NCBI GenBank assembly: GCA_965223945.1
Contig: CBDCXW010000008.1
Location: forward strand, 422,485-486,484
Source: Dehalococcoidia bacterium
Lineage (GTDB): Bacteria > Chloroflexota > Dehalococcoidia > Lucifugimonadales > CATQGZ01
Direction: 5' to 3'
Length of the DNA: 64,000 nucleotides
The notes under the pieces are model-generated. The model was not told where the DNA came from. It saw nothing but the letters and a program-made list of their open reading frames with translations, and did no database searches. Every line of letters starts with the position of its first letter. Position 1 is the stretch's first letter. Made by a program: the position numbers and the translations under genes. Of this stretch, positions 28,045-37,738 are shown piece by piece.

Positions 28045-29451
28045 TCAGCACGCTGGCTCCACGGTGTGCCACGTTGTGGCGTCCTGGTATGCCTTCGCCA
28101 CCCTCAGTACCGTTGCGTCGCCAAATGCTCTGCCCACGATCTGCATGCCGACCGGCATGCCGGATCGGGTGAAGCCGCACGGTACCGTCACCGCAGGAGA
28201 CCCCGTTGCGTTGAAAGGCCCTGCCAGGCTGGAAAGCGACGGGTAGTGACTTTCCGACCCGGAGGCCTCGGAGGTTAATGCGTCCTTGATGGTAGGGGCC
28301 GTGATCCGCTCAGTCGGGCCCACCAACACGTCGAACCGGTCCCATATCTTCGCGAACTCCCTGTTGAAGCGGGTACGTTCTCGGTGAGCGTTGACATAGT
28401 CGACGCCGGTGACGAAGAGTCCGGCCTCGATGACTTCGCGGGCCTGCTTGCTGATTTCGTCGGCCCGCCTGCGGTAGGTGTCAAGGTGGACCGCTGTGTA
28501 TTCGGCCAGCATGATGGAACCCAAGAATCCCTCCCGTCCCATGAGGGCGATGGATGTGTGGTCGACCAGGGCACCCACGTCGCCTAGTACGGTCACGGCC
28601 CCCGTCGCCAATTCGCCCACCTCGCCCTGGACCACAGCCGAGAAGGCCTCCTCCAGAACTCCAACTCGGATTCCCTCTATCCCGTCATCCAACTCAGCGG
28701 TATAGTCCTCGGGCGGCCGCAGGCTGGTCGAAAGGTCCCGCCGGTCGTGGCCCGCGATCGCGTTGAGCATGAGCGCGGCGTCCTGGACCGTTCGCGTCAT
28801 AGGGCCCACGGTATCCAGGGTCCAGCTCACCGGCAGCACCCCGAACCTGCTGACCAGCCCAAAGGTGGGCTTCAGGCCCACGATTCCGCTGAGCGCCGCC
28901 GGCACTCGTATGGACCCGCCCGTGTCGCTGCCCATCGAGCCCATGCAAAGTCTCGCCGCCACGGCCGCGGCCGAACCCCCGCTCGAGCCTCCAGTTATGC
29001 GCCGTGTGTCCCAGGGATTGCGGGCCGGACCGTCGTATGAATTCACGGAGGTGGCGCCCATTGCGAACTCGTCCATCTGCAGCTTTCCGACGATGACGGC
29101 GCCTGCCTCTTTGAACCGCTGGGCGACCGCAGAATCGGTATCGGGGATGCAGTCTCTCATCACTCGAGACCCGGCGGCCGTACGTACCCCCTTTGTGGAG
29201 AACAAGTCCTTGAGCGCGATGGGGATGCCATGCAGAGGCCCCCTGTAGTCCCCTCTCTGTATCTCCGCTTCAGCAGATCTGGCCGCGTCGGCCGCAGAGT
29301 CGATCATGGTAACGAAGGAGTTTAGCTTCCCGTCGATCTTCTCGATGCGGCGCAAATGGGCAGCCAGAAGCTCGGTGGGGGCGATCTCTTTCCTTGCAAT
29401 GAGGTCTGAAGCCTCGGAGATTGAAAGTGAGCAGAGTTCTGTGGAGCTCAA
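28045..29451 (-). CDS. Amidase (amidase-signature family, GatA-like)
   Basis: GGSSGGSAAAVAA signature and the GSDTGGSIRVPAA Ser-cisSer-Lys context. Confidence 0.9.
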   Translation of the reverse strand: MSSTELCSLSISEASDLIARKEIAPTELLAAHLRRIEKIDGKLNSFVTMIDSAADAARSAEAEIQRGDYRGPLHGIPIALKDLFSTKGVRTAAGSRVMRDCIPDTDSAVAQRFKEAGAVIVGKLQMDEFAMGATSVNSYDGPARNPWDTRRITGGSSGGSAAAVAARLCMGSMGSDTGGSIRVPAALSGIVGLKPTFGLVSRFGVLPVSWTLDTVGPMTRTVQDAALMLNAIAGHDRRDLSTSLRPPEDYTAELDDGIEGIRVGVLEEAFSAVVQGEVGELATGAVTVLGDVGALVDHTSIALMGREGFLGSIMLAEYTAVHLDTYRRRADEISKQAREVIEAGLFVTGVDYVNAHRERTRFNREFAKIWDRFDVLVGPTERITAPTIKDALTSEASGSESHYPSLSSLAGPFNATGSPAVTVPCGFTRSGMPVGMQIVGRAFGDATVLRVAKAYQDATTWHTVEPAC

Positions 29452-29681
29452 GATGTCCTCTCGTCAATGGGGGATGCCGTCAACGGGCCTGTGTCACGTA
29501 GCGTGTCTGGACAGGCGGCGAACGTGCCTGGGTGAAATTCCACGCCGGTCCTGAGACGGATGGTATTTAGACGCGACGGAACCGTCAAGTTTAAGTCGGA
29601 TCTTGCCATCCCCCCGCAAGAGCCAGACTTCGGTACCGCTGCTCTGACAGGTCTACTGCGGGCTGATAGGATACGAGGGCG

Positions 29682-30155
29682 ATGGGCATGGCCAACAGAA
29701 AGACCGTATATCTTGCCAACCCCTATGGGTTTTCGGCGCAGCAGAGGGCGTTGCTGCTGCCGCAGATCGTTGAGGCTCTCGAAGCGCTCGAACTGGAGGT
29801 CTGGGAGCCGTTCGAGCGCAACAACCAGGTCGACCTGTCGGAGCCGGGCTGGGCGTACCGAATCGGTCAGGCCGACCTCAGGGACGCTCGTGAGGCGGAC
29901 GCCATCTTCGCCGTGGTGAACGGAGTCCCGCCGGACGAGGGGGTCATGGTGGAGCTTGGGATAGCGGTCGCGCTTGGTAAGCCGACGTTCCTCTTTCGGG
30001 ACGACTTCCGGCGAGCCACCGACAGCGAGGAGTACCCACTGAACCTTATGCTGTTCACCGGGATGCCCCGCCAGGGCTGGCGGGACTACTACTACACGTC
30101 CATCGAAGAGATCGGGGCCCCGGACAAGGCCCTGGCGCGGTGGGCCAGGGGTTGA
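29682..30155 (+). CDS. Nucleoside 2-deoxyribosyltransferase family protein
   Basis: TVYLANPYGF...ADAIFAVVNG...DEGVMVELGIAVALGKP, typical of the family. Confidence 0.8.
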   Translation: MGMANRKTVYLANPYGFSAQQRALLLPQIVEALEALELEVWEPFERNNQVDLSEPGWAYRIGQADLRDAREADAIFAVVNGVPPDEGVMVELGIAVALGKPTFLFRDDFRRATDSEEYPLNLMLFTGMPRQGWRDYYYTSIEEIGAPDKALARWARG

Positions 30156-30203
30156 GGGCGGGGACCGGGTGCCGGCCTTTGCGGGGGTGACGGCTGGCGA
30201 ATC

Positions 30204-30231
30204 GTGACTATGGTCATGACCATGCTACAAT
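30204..30231 (+). promoter_or_regulatory. Putative phd-vapC promoter with embedded perfect 14-bp palindrome
   Basis: GTGACT-N16-TACAAT. The spacer contains ATGGTCATGACCAT (30210-30223), and a further TGGTCAT half-site lies at 30234-30240. Confidence 0.5.
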
Positions 30232-30261
30232 AGTGGTCATATCGCCGCGAAGGAGCGCGAC

Positions 30262-30540
30262 ATGTCTACTGATGGCAGCACGGTGGCAGCACCCAGGACG
30301 ATCAAGGCGTCCGAGTTCAAGGCCAGGTGCCTCAAGCTCATGGACGAGGTGGCCGAGACCGGCGAGGAGATCGTCATCACCAAGCACGGTCGCCCGGTCT
30401 CGAAACTGGCGCCCTACAGGGAAAAGACGGAGCTGCCATTCGGTCGGAACCGGGACAACATTCGAATCCTCGGCGACATCGTCTCTCCCATGCCTGCCGA
30501 CTGGTATGACGACGATGACGATAGAGAGGACCTGTTTTGA
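30262..30540 (+). CDS. Phd/YefM-family antitoxin
   Basis: IKASEFKARCLKLMDEVAETGEEIVITKHGRPVSKLAPY. Confidence 0.85.
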   Translation: MSTDGSTVAAPRTIKASEFKARCLKLMDEVAETGEEIVITKHGRPVSKLAPYREKTELPFGRNRDNIRILGDIVSPMPADWYDDDDDREDLF

Positions 30541-30935
30541 TACTGGTCGACACTCACGTTCTCGTGTGGCAGGAGCAAGGCGAGCAGAAAATGGGACCGC
30601 AGACGCGCCGTACATTTGAGCGCGCGTTACAGGAAGACGCTCTTGCAGTTTCGGCCATTTCCTTCTGGGAAGTGGGGATGAGGGTCCAGAAGGGCCAGCT
30701 CGATTTCCGACTCAACCTGAAAGCCTGGCGCAGGGATCTTCTGCGACAGGGGTTGGTCGAGATTCCCGTAAATGGAGAAATCGCCGCCAGCGCCAGCCTT
30801 CTTCCGCACATGCACGGCGACCCCGCCGACCGCATCATCGTCGCCACGGCCCTGGAAGGCCACACGCTCATGACGGGAGACGGGCTGATACTCGACTGGC
30901 CAGGGGATCTGAGCAGGCTGGACGCCACAAGGTAA
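30537..30935 (+). CDS. vapC: PIN-domain toxin VapC
   Basis: TTG start overlapping the phd stop (TTGA). ILVDTHVLVW..., ...DPADRIIVATAL. Confidence 0.85.
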   Translation: MILVDTHVLVWQEQGEQKMGPQTRRTFERALQEDALAVSAISFWEVGMRVQKGQLDFRLNLKAWRRDLLRQGLVEIPVNGEIAASASLLPHMHGDPADRIIVATALEGHTLMTGDGLILDWPGDLSRLDATR

Positions 30936-30996
30936 TCGAGGAATCGAAGGCTTACAAGAGCGGCCCTTACGAGCACATTCGACACTGTGATATGCG

Positions 30997-31287
30997 ATGA
31001 ATAGAGACGAAGTCCTCGACATGCTCCGAACGCATAAGCCGACACTTGCGCAACGCTTTGGCGTGACTGGCCTAGCCCTGTACGGCTCCTTTGCCAGGGA
31101 CCAGGCTACATCCGAGAGCGACGTCGATGTCCTCGTGGAGTTCGACGCCCCACCGGATTGGCATCGGTACTTCGGAGCCCAGTTCTACCTGGAAGACCTG
31201 CTTGGGAGACGGGTGGATCTGTCAACCGACGGAGAAGTGCGCGGCGAAGTACGGCCTTACGTGGAACGGGACGCAATTGATGTGTGA
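30997..31287 (+). CDS. MNT-type nucleotidyltransferase antitoxin
   Basis: LALYGSFARDQATSESDVDVLVEF (GS...DxD). Confidence 0.85.
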   Translation: MNRDEVLDMLRTHKPTLAQRFGVTGLALYGSFARDQATSESDVDVLVEFDAPPDWHRYFGAQFYLEDLLGRRVDLSTDGEVRGEVRPYVERDAIDV

Positions 31288-31639
31288 CGCCGAGCACGAG
31301 GACCGGGAGTGGCGCTTCTACGTTCAGGACATGCTGGAGTTCGGCGAAAAGGTGCTTTCCTTTACGGATGGGCTGGACCAGGAGGCGTTCACAGCCGATG
31401 TGCTGACCTACGACGCTACGCTGCGCAACATCCAGCTTATGGGCGAGGCGGCAACCCACATCCCTGCCAGGGTCCGTGAGTCGCATTCCGATATTCCATG
31501 GCGCGCGATCGTGGGAGCCCGGAACCGCCTGGCGCACAGCTACCTGCACATCAGCGACAGCGTGATCTGGTCTATAGTTCAAGACGCAATCCCAGACCTG
31601 TTGCCCAAACTGCGCCGCCTGCTGGCCGCCGTCGGATAG
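31280..31639 (+). CDS. HEPN (DUF86) toxin partner of MNT
   Basis: ATG at 31280 overlaps the MNT stop by 8 nt. Rx4H motif RNRLAHSY. Confidence 0.85.
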   Translation: MCDAEHEDREWRFYVQDMLEFGEKVLSFTDGLDQEAFTADVLTYDATLRNIQLMGEAATHIPARVRESHSDIPWRAIVGARNRLAHSYLHISDSVIWSIVQDAIPDLLPKLRRLLAAVG

Positions 31640-31855
31640 GAGCGGACATGACCTCCCCCTCCAGGCTCAACTAGCGCAACAGCGCCGAGGAGTCGGCGCG
31701 TTCGCTGTTGGAGCAGCTGGGACGGACGTAGGTGGTCCGCGACGTTCCGGCGGCCCTCCACTGGAGCGGTCGGGACGGTTCGTTGTGGGGTCAAATGGGG
31801 CGTGCTAGAATCCGGCCCAGTCGGTGGCCCTGAGCGGGGCCGAGGAGCAACCAAG

Positions 31856-33019
31856 ATGGCACTGCCTGCCCGGATGAAGTTTGGGATATTTCTGGCGCCC
31901 TTCCACTGGCTCGGGGAGAATCCCACGCTGGGACTGGAGCGCGACCTGGAGACGCTCCAGTGGCTCGACTACCTGGGATACGATGAGGCCTGGATCGGGG
32001 AACACCACAGCGCCGGATGGGAAACCATAGCCTCGCCGGAGCTGTTCATCGCCACGGCCGCCGAGCGCACGAAGCATCTCAAGCTCGGCACAGGAGTCAT
32101 CAGCCTGCCGTACCACCATCCGCTCATGGTTGCCAACCGCATGGTGCAGCTCGATCACCTCACGCGGGGCCGTGTGATGCTGGGAGTCGGGCCGGGAGCC
32201 CTCGTGTCCGACGCCTACATGCTGGGCATCGATCCGCCCACTCAGCGCCCCCGCATGGACGAGTCCCTCGGGGTCATCATGCGGCTGCTGACCGAGACGG
32301 AGCCGGTCACGCACGAGTCGAGCTGGTTCACGCTTCGAGAGGCGCGCATCCACCTCAGGCCGTACACCCAGCCCCACTTCCCCATCGCGGTGGCGGCCGC
32401 GCAGTCGCCGTCGGGGATGGTGCTGGCCGGGAAGCACGGCACCGCGGTCCTGTCGATCAGCGTCCTCCGCGGGGGTGCGGTGTCGACCAATCTGAAGGAC
32501 TTCTGGAAGATCGCTGAGCAGACCGCCGCTGAGTACGGCAACACGATGGACCGCAGCGAGTGGCGCCTCGTCATGCCGGTGCACATCGCCGAGAGCCGCA
32601 AGGAGGCGATCGAACAAGCCAGGATCGGGGCCGCCAGGTTCCAGAGGGACTACTTCGAGGACACGATGGGTTTCGAGTCGGTCTTCGACGGCCCCGCCGA
32701 GAAGATCATCGACAAGATGGTCGACGAGGGCGCCTGGTGCGTGGGAACGCCCGACGACCTTGTGGACGCCATCAAGAGACTGGACGAGGCGAGCGACGGC
32801 TTCGGAGGCCTGCTCATCCAGGCCACTGAGTGGGGGACCCGTGAGCAGGTGCTCCACAGCTATGAGCTCATCGCGCGATACGTGATGCCGGTATTCCAGG
32901 GCTCGCTCACGAACCTGGAGTCGTCCCAGCAATGGGCGGCTGAGAAACGCCACGACCTCATGGCATTGCGCACTAGGTCGGTGAAGAAGGCCACCAGCGA
33001 CTACGAGCAGAGAAACTAG
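31856..33019 (+). CDS. LLM-class flavin-dependent oxidoreductase
   Basis: MKFGIFLAPFH...GYDEAWIGEHH.... Start chosen at MALPARMKFG. Confidence 0.8.
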   Translation: MALPARMKFGIFLAPFHWLGENPTLGLERDLETLQWLDYLGYDEAWIGEHHSAGWETIASPELFIATAAERTKHLKLGTGVISLPYHHPLMVANRMVQLDHLTRGRVMLGVGPGALVSDAYMLGIDPPTQRPRMDESLGVIMRLLTETEPVTHESSWFTLREARIHLRPYTQPHFPIAVAAAQSPSGMVLAGKHGTAVLSISVLRGGAVSTNLKDFWKIAEQTAAEYGNTMDRSEWRLVMPVHIAESRKEAIEQARIGAARFQRDYFEDTMGFESVFDGPAEKIIDKMVDEGAWCVGTPDDLVDAIKRLDEASDGFGGLLIQATEWGTREQVLHSYELIARYVMPVFQGSLTNLESSQQWAAEKRHDLMALRTRSVKKATSDYEQRN

Positions 33020-33115
33020 GGGCGGCGCCGCTGCGCTATTTGCTGGCGACCCGCGCCGCGTGGCGCTTGCCTTGTACCGATGAAGAGACGGTTCTTTCGC
33101 GGGGGACTGCGGGGA

Positions 33116-33145
33116 TTGAACTGTCTGACATCATGATGGTATGCT
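33116..33145 (+). promoter_or_regulatory. Putative vapBC promoter with 10-bp palindrome
   Basis: TTGAAC-N18-TATGCT. CATCATGATG (33129-33138) lies within the spacer. Confidence 0.4.
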
Positions 33146-33173
33146 GTCCTCATGTACTAGGAGACAGCCCATT

Positions 33174-33422
33174 ATGAAGCGGACCCAGATCCAGCTGGAC
33201 GAGTCCACCTATAAACTGGCGCGGCAGAAGGCCTTTGACGAAGGAACCTCCATGGCAGCCGTGGTCCGGGAGGCGCTGGCCCAGTACCTCACTACCGATC
33301 TCGCCCCGGCCCTGACCATAGAGGACCTGGGATTCGTCGGTGTCGGAAGCTCGGACCAGGGAGACCTGAGCCCGGTTTCCGAGCGGCACGACGAGGCCCT
33401 GGACCAGGCCTCGGGACATTGA
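33174..33422 (+). CDS. vapB: Ribbon-helix-helix (CopG/VapB-like) antitoxin
   Basis: MKRTQIQLDESTYKLARQKAFDEGTSMAAVVREAL, an RHH pattern. Confidence 0.75.
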   Translation: MKRTQIQLDESTYKLARQKAFDEGTSMAAVVREALAQYLTTDLAPALTIEDLGFVGVGSSDQGDLSPVSERHDEALDQASGH

Positions 33423-33817
33423 TCTTCCTGGACACCTCCGCGGCCTACGCCATCGCCGACTCCGCCGACCCCAACCACGATCATGCATCCGATTGGATCC
33501 GGTCCGTTCTCCAACGACACGAGACGGTGCTGACTCACAACTACGCCCTCATCGAGAGCGCTGCCCTCATACAGCGCAGGCTCGGGTTGCAAGCCGCCCT
33601 GGTCTTCATCAGGGGAACAGGCCTGCTCCGGGTACACTGGGTCACGCGGGACGAGCACCGGATGGCCGTCGATCTCCTGGAGCAGCGCGACGAGCGCACC
33701 CTCAGCCTCGTGGACTGCGTGAGCTTCGTAGTCATGAGAGCGCTCAACGTAAGTGCCGCTCTCGCCTATGACTCGGACTTCGAGCGCGAGGGATTCACGA
33801 CTTCAGGGAGCGCCTGA
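33419..33817 (+). CDS. vapC: PIN-domain toxin VapC
   Basis: TTG start overlapping the antitoxin stop (TTGA). IFLDTSAAYAI...SLVDCVSFVVM...DSDF. Confidence 0.85.
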   Translation: MIFLDTSAAYAIADSADPNHDHASDWIRSVLQRHETVLTHNYALIESAALIQRRLGLQAALVFIRGTGLLRVHWVTRDEHRMAVDLLEQRDERTLSLVDCVSFVVMRALNVSAALAYDSDFEREGFTTSGSA

Positions 33818-33842
33818 CGGCCGGCCCCTTGCCACTCGATCC

Positions 33843-34718
33843 ATGACCACTACAGCCCTGATGTTGGTTCTCCTCTCCTCCGTGGCCCACGTCGGTTGGA
33901 ACTTCCTCATGAAGCGGGCGCGGGACCACGAGGCCTTCGTATGGTGGATGCAGGCCGCTATCACGGTGCTGTTTCTCCCCATGGCGGTCTTCATCGCGGT
34001 GGTCGACCCGATGGAGAGCCGGGGCTGGCTGTTCGTCGTCGGGACAGGGATCCTGCACGCCTTCTACTTCGTCCTCCTAGGCCGCGGATACGCCCGCGGC
34101 GACCTCTCCCAGGTCTACCCGATAGCCCGGGGGACCGGCCCCGCGCTGGTGCCGATCCTCGGTGTCCTGCTGCTCGGCGAGTCGGTCTCGCCTCCGGCGG
34201 TAGGCGGCATCATTGCCATCGTCGTGGGTATACTCGTCGTCTATTGGTCGGGGCGATTGGCCCTGATGTTCAAGAGTCCGCTGATGTTCCTGAAGGAGCC
34301 AGGCACGCTCTACGCGCTGGCGACCGGGCTGTTCATAGCCGCCTACTCGATCTGGGACAAGGTCGGCGTGAGGTATGTGTCTCCGTTCCTCTACATGTAC
34401 CTGATGGCGCTCGGTACGGGGATCATCATAACCCCGTACATATTCAGAAGCAGGGGTGTGGCCGCGGTGCGGGAAGAGTGGCGGGTGAACGCGCGGACTA
34501 TCGTAGCCGTGGGGGCGTTGACCTTCCTGGCCTATGGACTCGTCCTATCCGCGCTGGAGTTCTCGAGGGTGAGCTACGTGTGGCCGGTGAGGGAGATCGG
34601 GATAGTGGTCGCGGTGCTGCTGGGCAGCGTGGTATTGAAGGAGCCCTTCGGCCGAGGACGCGTTCTCGGGTCGTGTTTCATCGTTCTGGGCGTAGTCGCC
34701 ATCGCGCTCGCGCCTTGA
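33843..34718 (+). CDS. EamA/DMT-family transporter
   Basis: Ten hydrophobic segments. Start chosen at MTTTALMLVLLSSVAHVGWNF. Confidence 0.75.
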   Translation: MTTTALMLVLLSSVAHVGWNFLMKRARDHEAFVWWMQAAITVLFLPMAVFIAVVDPMESRGWLFVVGTGILHAFYFVLLGRGYARGDLSQVYPIARGTGPALVPILGVLLLGESVSPPAVGGIIAIVVGILVVYWSGRLALMFKSPLMFLKEPGTLYALATGLFIAAYSIWDKVGVRYVSPFLYMYLMALGTGIIITPYIFRSRGVAAVREEWRVNARTIVAVGALTFLAYGLVLSALEFSRVSYVWPVREIGIVVAVLLGSVVLKEPFGRGRVLGSCFIVLGVVAIALAP

Positions 34719-34758
34719 CGATGCGCCCGTCCGTCGTTGCGGCTGCAGAGCCCAGCCC

Positions 34759-35859
34759 TTACGCGAGCTTGAACGGTATCTCCAGCTCGGCGCACGTGTC
34801 GCGGAACCAGTCCACGACCTCCGGGTGCAGCGGTATGCCGTTCGCCCTGCGGTCGGCCTCGTCTTCCGCTTCCGGCAGGCCTGGGTAGAAGACCCGGTCG
34901 TGGCCCGGGGCGGGCTTTGTCGTCCTCAGGTTCTCCAGCCACTCGTCCATCGTCTGCTTGAAGTCGGCCACGTCCATGAACGCGTCGATCCTGTATGCGG
35001 CGACGCTGTGGCCGAAGTTGGGGCGCCCCGGGTTCATTCCATAGCCGCCGCCCGAAAGGATGCCGCCCAGTATCTCCACGATGCAGGCCCAGCCGTAGCC
35101 CTTGTGCGACCCCAGCTCGCGCGTGGCCCCCACAGGCAGTAGGAGGGTAGGGTTAGCGGTCGCGGAGGAGAGGTCGGGGGTCGGGATGTCCTCCATTATT
35201 GGAGATCCGTCCTCGTCGGCCAGCCAGCCCGGCAGGATGTCGTTGCCGAGTCGCCTGGCCAGGACGAGCTTGTTGCCCGCGACGGCCGTCGTGGCCGCGT
35301 CGAAGACGAAGGGGGCCTCCTTGCCGGCCGGAGCTGCCAGGGCGATGGGGTTCGTTCCCAGCCTCGGCTCGGCGCCGAAGGTCGGCACCATGATCGGAGG
35401 TGCCGAAGTCATGCACATGCCGATCATGTCGTGATCGAGGGCCATCATCGCGTGGTACGCGGCCATGCCCAGGTGGCGCCCGTTGCTCATGGTCACCATT
35501 CCCATGCCGACCGACTCCGCCTTGGCAATGGCGATCTCCATCGCTTTGGGGGCGACCACCAGGCCGATTCCGGCGTCGCAGTCGATTGTGGCCGTAGACG
35601 GGCTCTCCCGTACGATCCGCCAGTCGGGCCTCGGGTTGATCTCGCCCACGGAATAGGCGCTCAGGTAGTCCCGGGGCGTGTTCGACACGCCGTGAGTCTC
35701 GACTCCGCGAAGGTCGGCCACCACCAGCACGTCCGTCGCGAGGGCGGCATCGTCAGGTGTGAGGCCCATCCGCTCGAAGAAGGCGGCTACGGTCTCCCTG
35801 AGACCGGACTCGGGGACCCTGATAGCGTCTTCCTCTTGTACCTTGAACTGCTGTAGCAC
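34759..35859 (-). CDS. Ldh_2 family (malate/L-lactate/ureidoglycolate-type) oxidoreductase
   Basis: LVVADLRGVETHGV... and 366 aa, typical of Ldh_2. Confidence 0.8.
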   Translation of the reverse strand: MLQQFKVQEEDAIRVPESGLRETVAAFFERMGLTPDDAALATDVLVVADLRGVETHGVSNTPRDYLSAYSVGEINPRPDWRIVRESPSTATIDCDAGIGLVVAPKAMEIAIAKAESVGMGMVTMSNGRHLGMAAYHAMMALDHDMIGMCMTSAPPIMVPTFGAEPRLGTNPIALAAPAGKEAPFVFDAATTAVAGNKLVLARRLGNDILPGWLADEDGSPIMEDIPTPDLSSATANPTLLLPVGATRELGSHKGYGWACIVEILGGILSGGGYGMNPGRPNFGHSVAAYRIDAFMDVADFKQTMDEWLENLRTTKPAPGHDRVFYPGLPEAEDEADRRANGIPLHPEVVDWFRDTCAELEIPFKLA

Positions 35860-35975
35860 CCGTCGGCCTCCGTGCGTGTTATTCGGTGGGTATTGTATTG
35901 ACGGCTTCGAATGCGCGCAACACGAGCCGGCGGAGTCATGCTGGGCCGCTGGCAGTTGCTATAATGTGGGTACGC

Positions 35976-36299
35976 TCAGATGGCCCCGCCCTGCTTGAAC
36001 ATCGCGTCGTCGACCCGGATCCACTTGGGATCGGGCCCCGTAAGCGTTGCTCCGGATGCCGACACGTACTGGTGAGCGTAGCATAGTACCCAGTCATTGA
36101 CGGCCAGCTTGATTCTGACCATACGGCTGCGTGTCCCTGGTGGAAAGTCTCCCTTGGGCGGTCCAGCCATGATCCTGGCTTCTTCGATGTAAGCTTGACC
36201 GTTTTCAAGCTTTCTCTTAACATCCAGCACGCTGTACAGTTCATACCGCTCGCTATCGGTTACGGGTATAGAAACCGGCTGATCGGATGAGGTTGACAT
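35976..36299 (-). CDS. Hypothetical protein (about 107 aa) in low-GC islet
   Basis: An ORF with plausible amino-acid composition. ATG at 36299 shares a CATG with the divergent gene start. No family recognised. Confidence 0.45.
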   Translation of the reverse strand: MSTSSDQPVSIPVTDSERYELYSVLDVKRKLENGQAYIEEARIMAGPPKGDFPPGTRSRMVRIKLAVNDWVLCYAHQYVSASGATLTGPDPKWIRVDDAMFKQGGAI

Positions 36300-36555
36300 G
36301 AACAACAGAGTCCTTGACGCATTGAGGCTCTATCTAATAGGCGAGATTGACTTCGAGTCTCTCGAGGACCGTGTCATTCCACTCGCGTGGGACGCCAAGT
36401 GTGACGACCGAGACCTAGTCGACCAAGTCGCGGTTGAGATATCTTATGTCAAAGATGCGGTGTCCGACGAGGTCTTGTTCAGGTCTCGAATAGCTGAGCT
36501 CGCGGCTCCAGAGGCTGATCTCGTCATTGGGGCTATGCAGTCGAAGATACGCTGA
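36298..36555 (+). CDS. Hypothetical acidic protein (85 aa) in low-GC islet
   Basis: ORF MNNRVLDALRLYLIGEIDFESLEDRVIPLAWD.... No family recognised. Confidence 0.45.
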   Translation: MNNRVLDALRLYLIGEIDFESLEDRVIPLAWDAKCDDRDLVDQVAVEISYVKDAVSDEVLFRSRIAELAAPEADLVIGAMQSKIR

Positions 36556-36653
36556 AGTGCCGAGAAACTTGGGCTGCTGTCAGCACCTGTGGACGTAGCA
36601 TAATCTTCAACACCCCGGCGCCTCCCTCACCCCGGCTGGAGGCCCGCACCTGA

Positions 36654-37709
36654 ATGGCTATGGATCGAGTGAGGCCAGACATATCGGTCGGACCCGCGAG
36701 CGGAGTCTCACACAATCCGGCATCTCCGAGCGACGAGCAGCTTCTGGAGATGTACCGTCAGATGCTGCTCTGCCGCACGCTCGACGAACGCGTCTGGATG
36801 CTCAACCGCCAGGGGAAGGCCGCCATCGTCGCCTCTGCGCAGGGTCACGAGGCAGCCCAGATCAGCAGCGTGCACGCGCTTCGCCCCGGGCGCGACCTCT
36901 TCTACACGTACTACCGTGACCTGGCGGTGCTCCTGGCCCTTGGCATGACGCCCGCGGAGGTGTTGCTCGGCTTCCTTGCCAAAGACGGTGAGCGCATGAG
37001 CGGCGCGCGTCAGTTTCCCCTCCACGGCGCTTACCCTGACCTGGGAGCCGTCAACCTGTCCAACGTAGTCGGCACGCAGGCCCCCCAGGCGGTCGGGGCG
37101 GCGCTGGCCGCTCGGATGCGCGGGGAGGACACCGTCGTGATCGTCTACTTCGGCGACGGCGCGTCCAGCGTCGGCGACTGTCACGAGGCGATGAACTTCG
37201 CGGGCGTTCACAGGCTGCCCGTCATCTTCTTCTGCGAAAACAACGGCTATGCCATATCTGTCCCCAAGTCGCGCCAGATGGCGGTGGAGAACGTCGCCGG
37301 CCGGGCCGAGGGCTACGGAATGCCGGGCGTAATCGTCGACGGGTGTGACGTCGTCGCCATATACGAAGCGACCACCGAAGCCGCGGCCAGGGCCCGCTCC
37401 GGCCGGGGGCCCACGCTGATCGAGGCGATGGTGGAGCGCTATCTTCCGCACACCAGTGACGACGACGACCGGCGGTACCGAGAGGCGCGGGAGATAGAGG
37501 CCGCGAGAGAGCGAGACCCTCTCAGAATCCTTAGAGACAGGCTACTGGAGCTGGGGGCACTCTCAGAAGAGACGGACGAGAAGCTGCGCGCCGCTGCCAG
37601 GCGCGAGGTCAACGAGGCCACGGACTTCGCCGAGTCCGCCGGTTATCCCGGCGCCCAGTCCTTCTACGACCACGTCTACGCCGATACAGGAGGGCAATCA
37701 TCGCCGTAA
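36654..37709 (+). CDS. 2-oxoacid (pyruvate/branched-chain) dehydrogenase E1 alpha subunit, TPP-dependent
   Basis: YFGDGASSVGDCHEAMNFA...VIFFCENNGYAIS, a TPP motif. Confidence 0.9.
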   Translation: MAMDRVRPDISVGPASGVSHNPASPSDEQLLEMYRQMLLCRTLDERVWMLNRQGKAAIVASAQGHEAAQISSVHALRPGRDLFYTYYRDLAVLLALGMTPAEVLLGFLAKDGERMSGARQFPLHGAYPDLGAVNLSNVVGTQAPQAVGAALAARMRGEDTVVIVYFGDGASSVGDCHEAMNFAGVHRLPVIFFCENNGYAISVPKSRQMAVENVAGRAEGYGMPGVIVDGCDVVAIYEATTEAAARARSGRGPTLIEAMVERYLPHTSDDDDRRYREAREIEAARERDPLRILRDRLLELGALSEETDEKLRAAARREVNEATDFAESAGYPGAQSFYDHVYADTGGQSSP

Positions 37710-37738
37710 AGACGGTCATCGAGGCGGTCAGGGACGGC

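Noticed and set aside
29682-30155. Nucleoside 2-deoxyribosyltransferase as a defence effector linked to the TA cluster
   Set aside because: It is a stand-alone 157-aa enzyme with ordinary family motifs and its own divergent promoter region. There is no fusion or operon link to the TA genes, so a metabolic role is more parsimonious.
31805-32953. 382-aa ORF antisense to the LLM oxidoreductase; likewise 42038..42784 opposite clpP, 13764..14708 and 60185..60826 within the dipeptidase genes, and 33896..34888 over the EamA gene
   Set aside because: All are alternative-frame or antisense ORFs over recognisable genes, with Arg/Gly/Pro-rich low-complexity translations.
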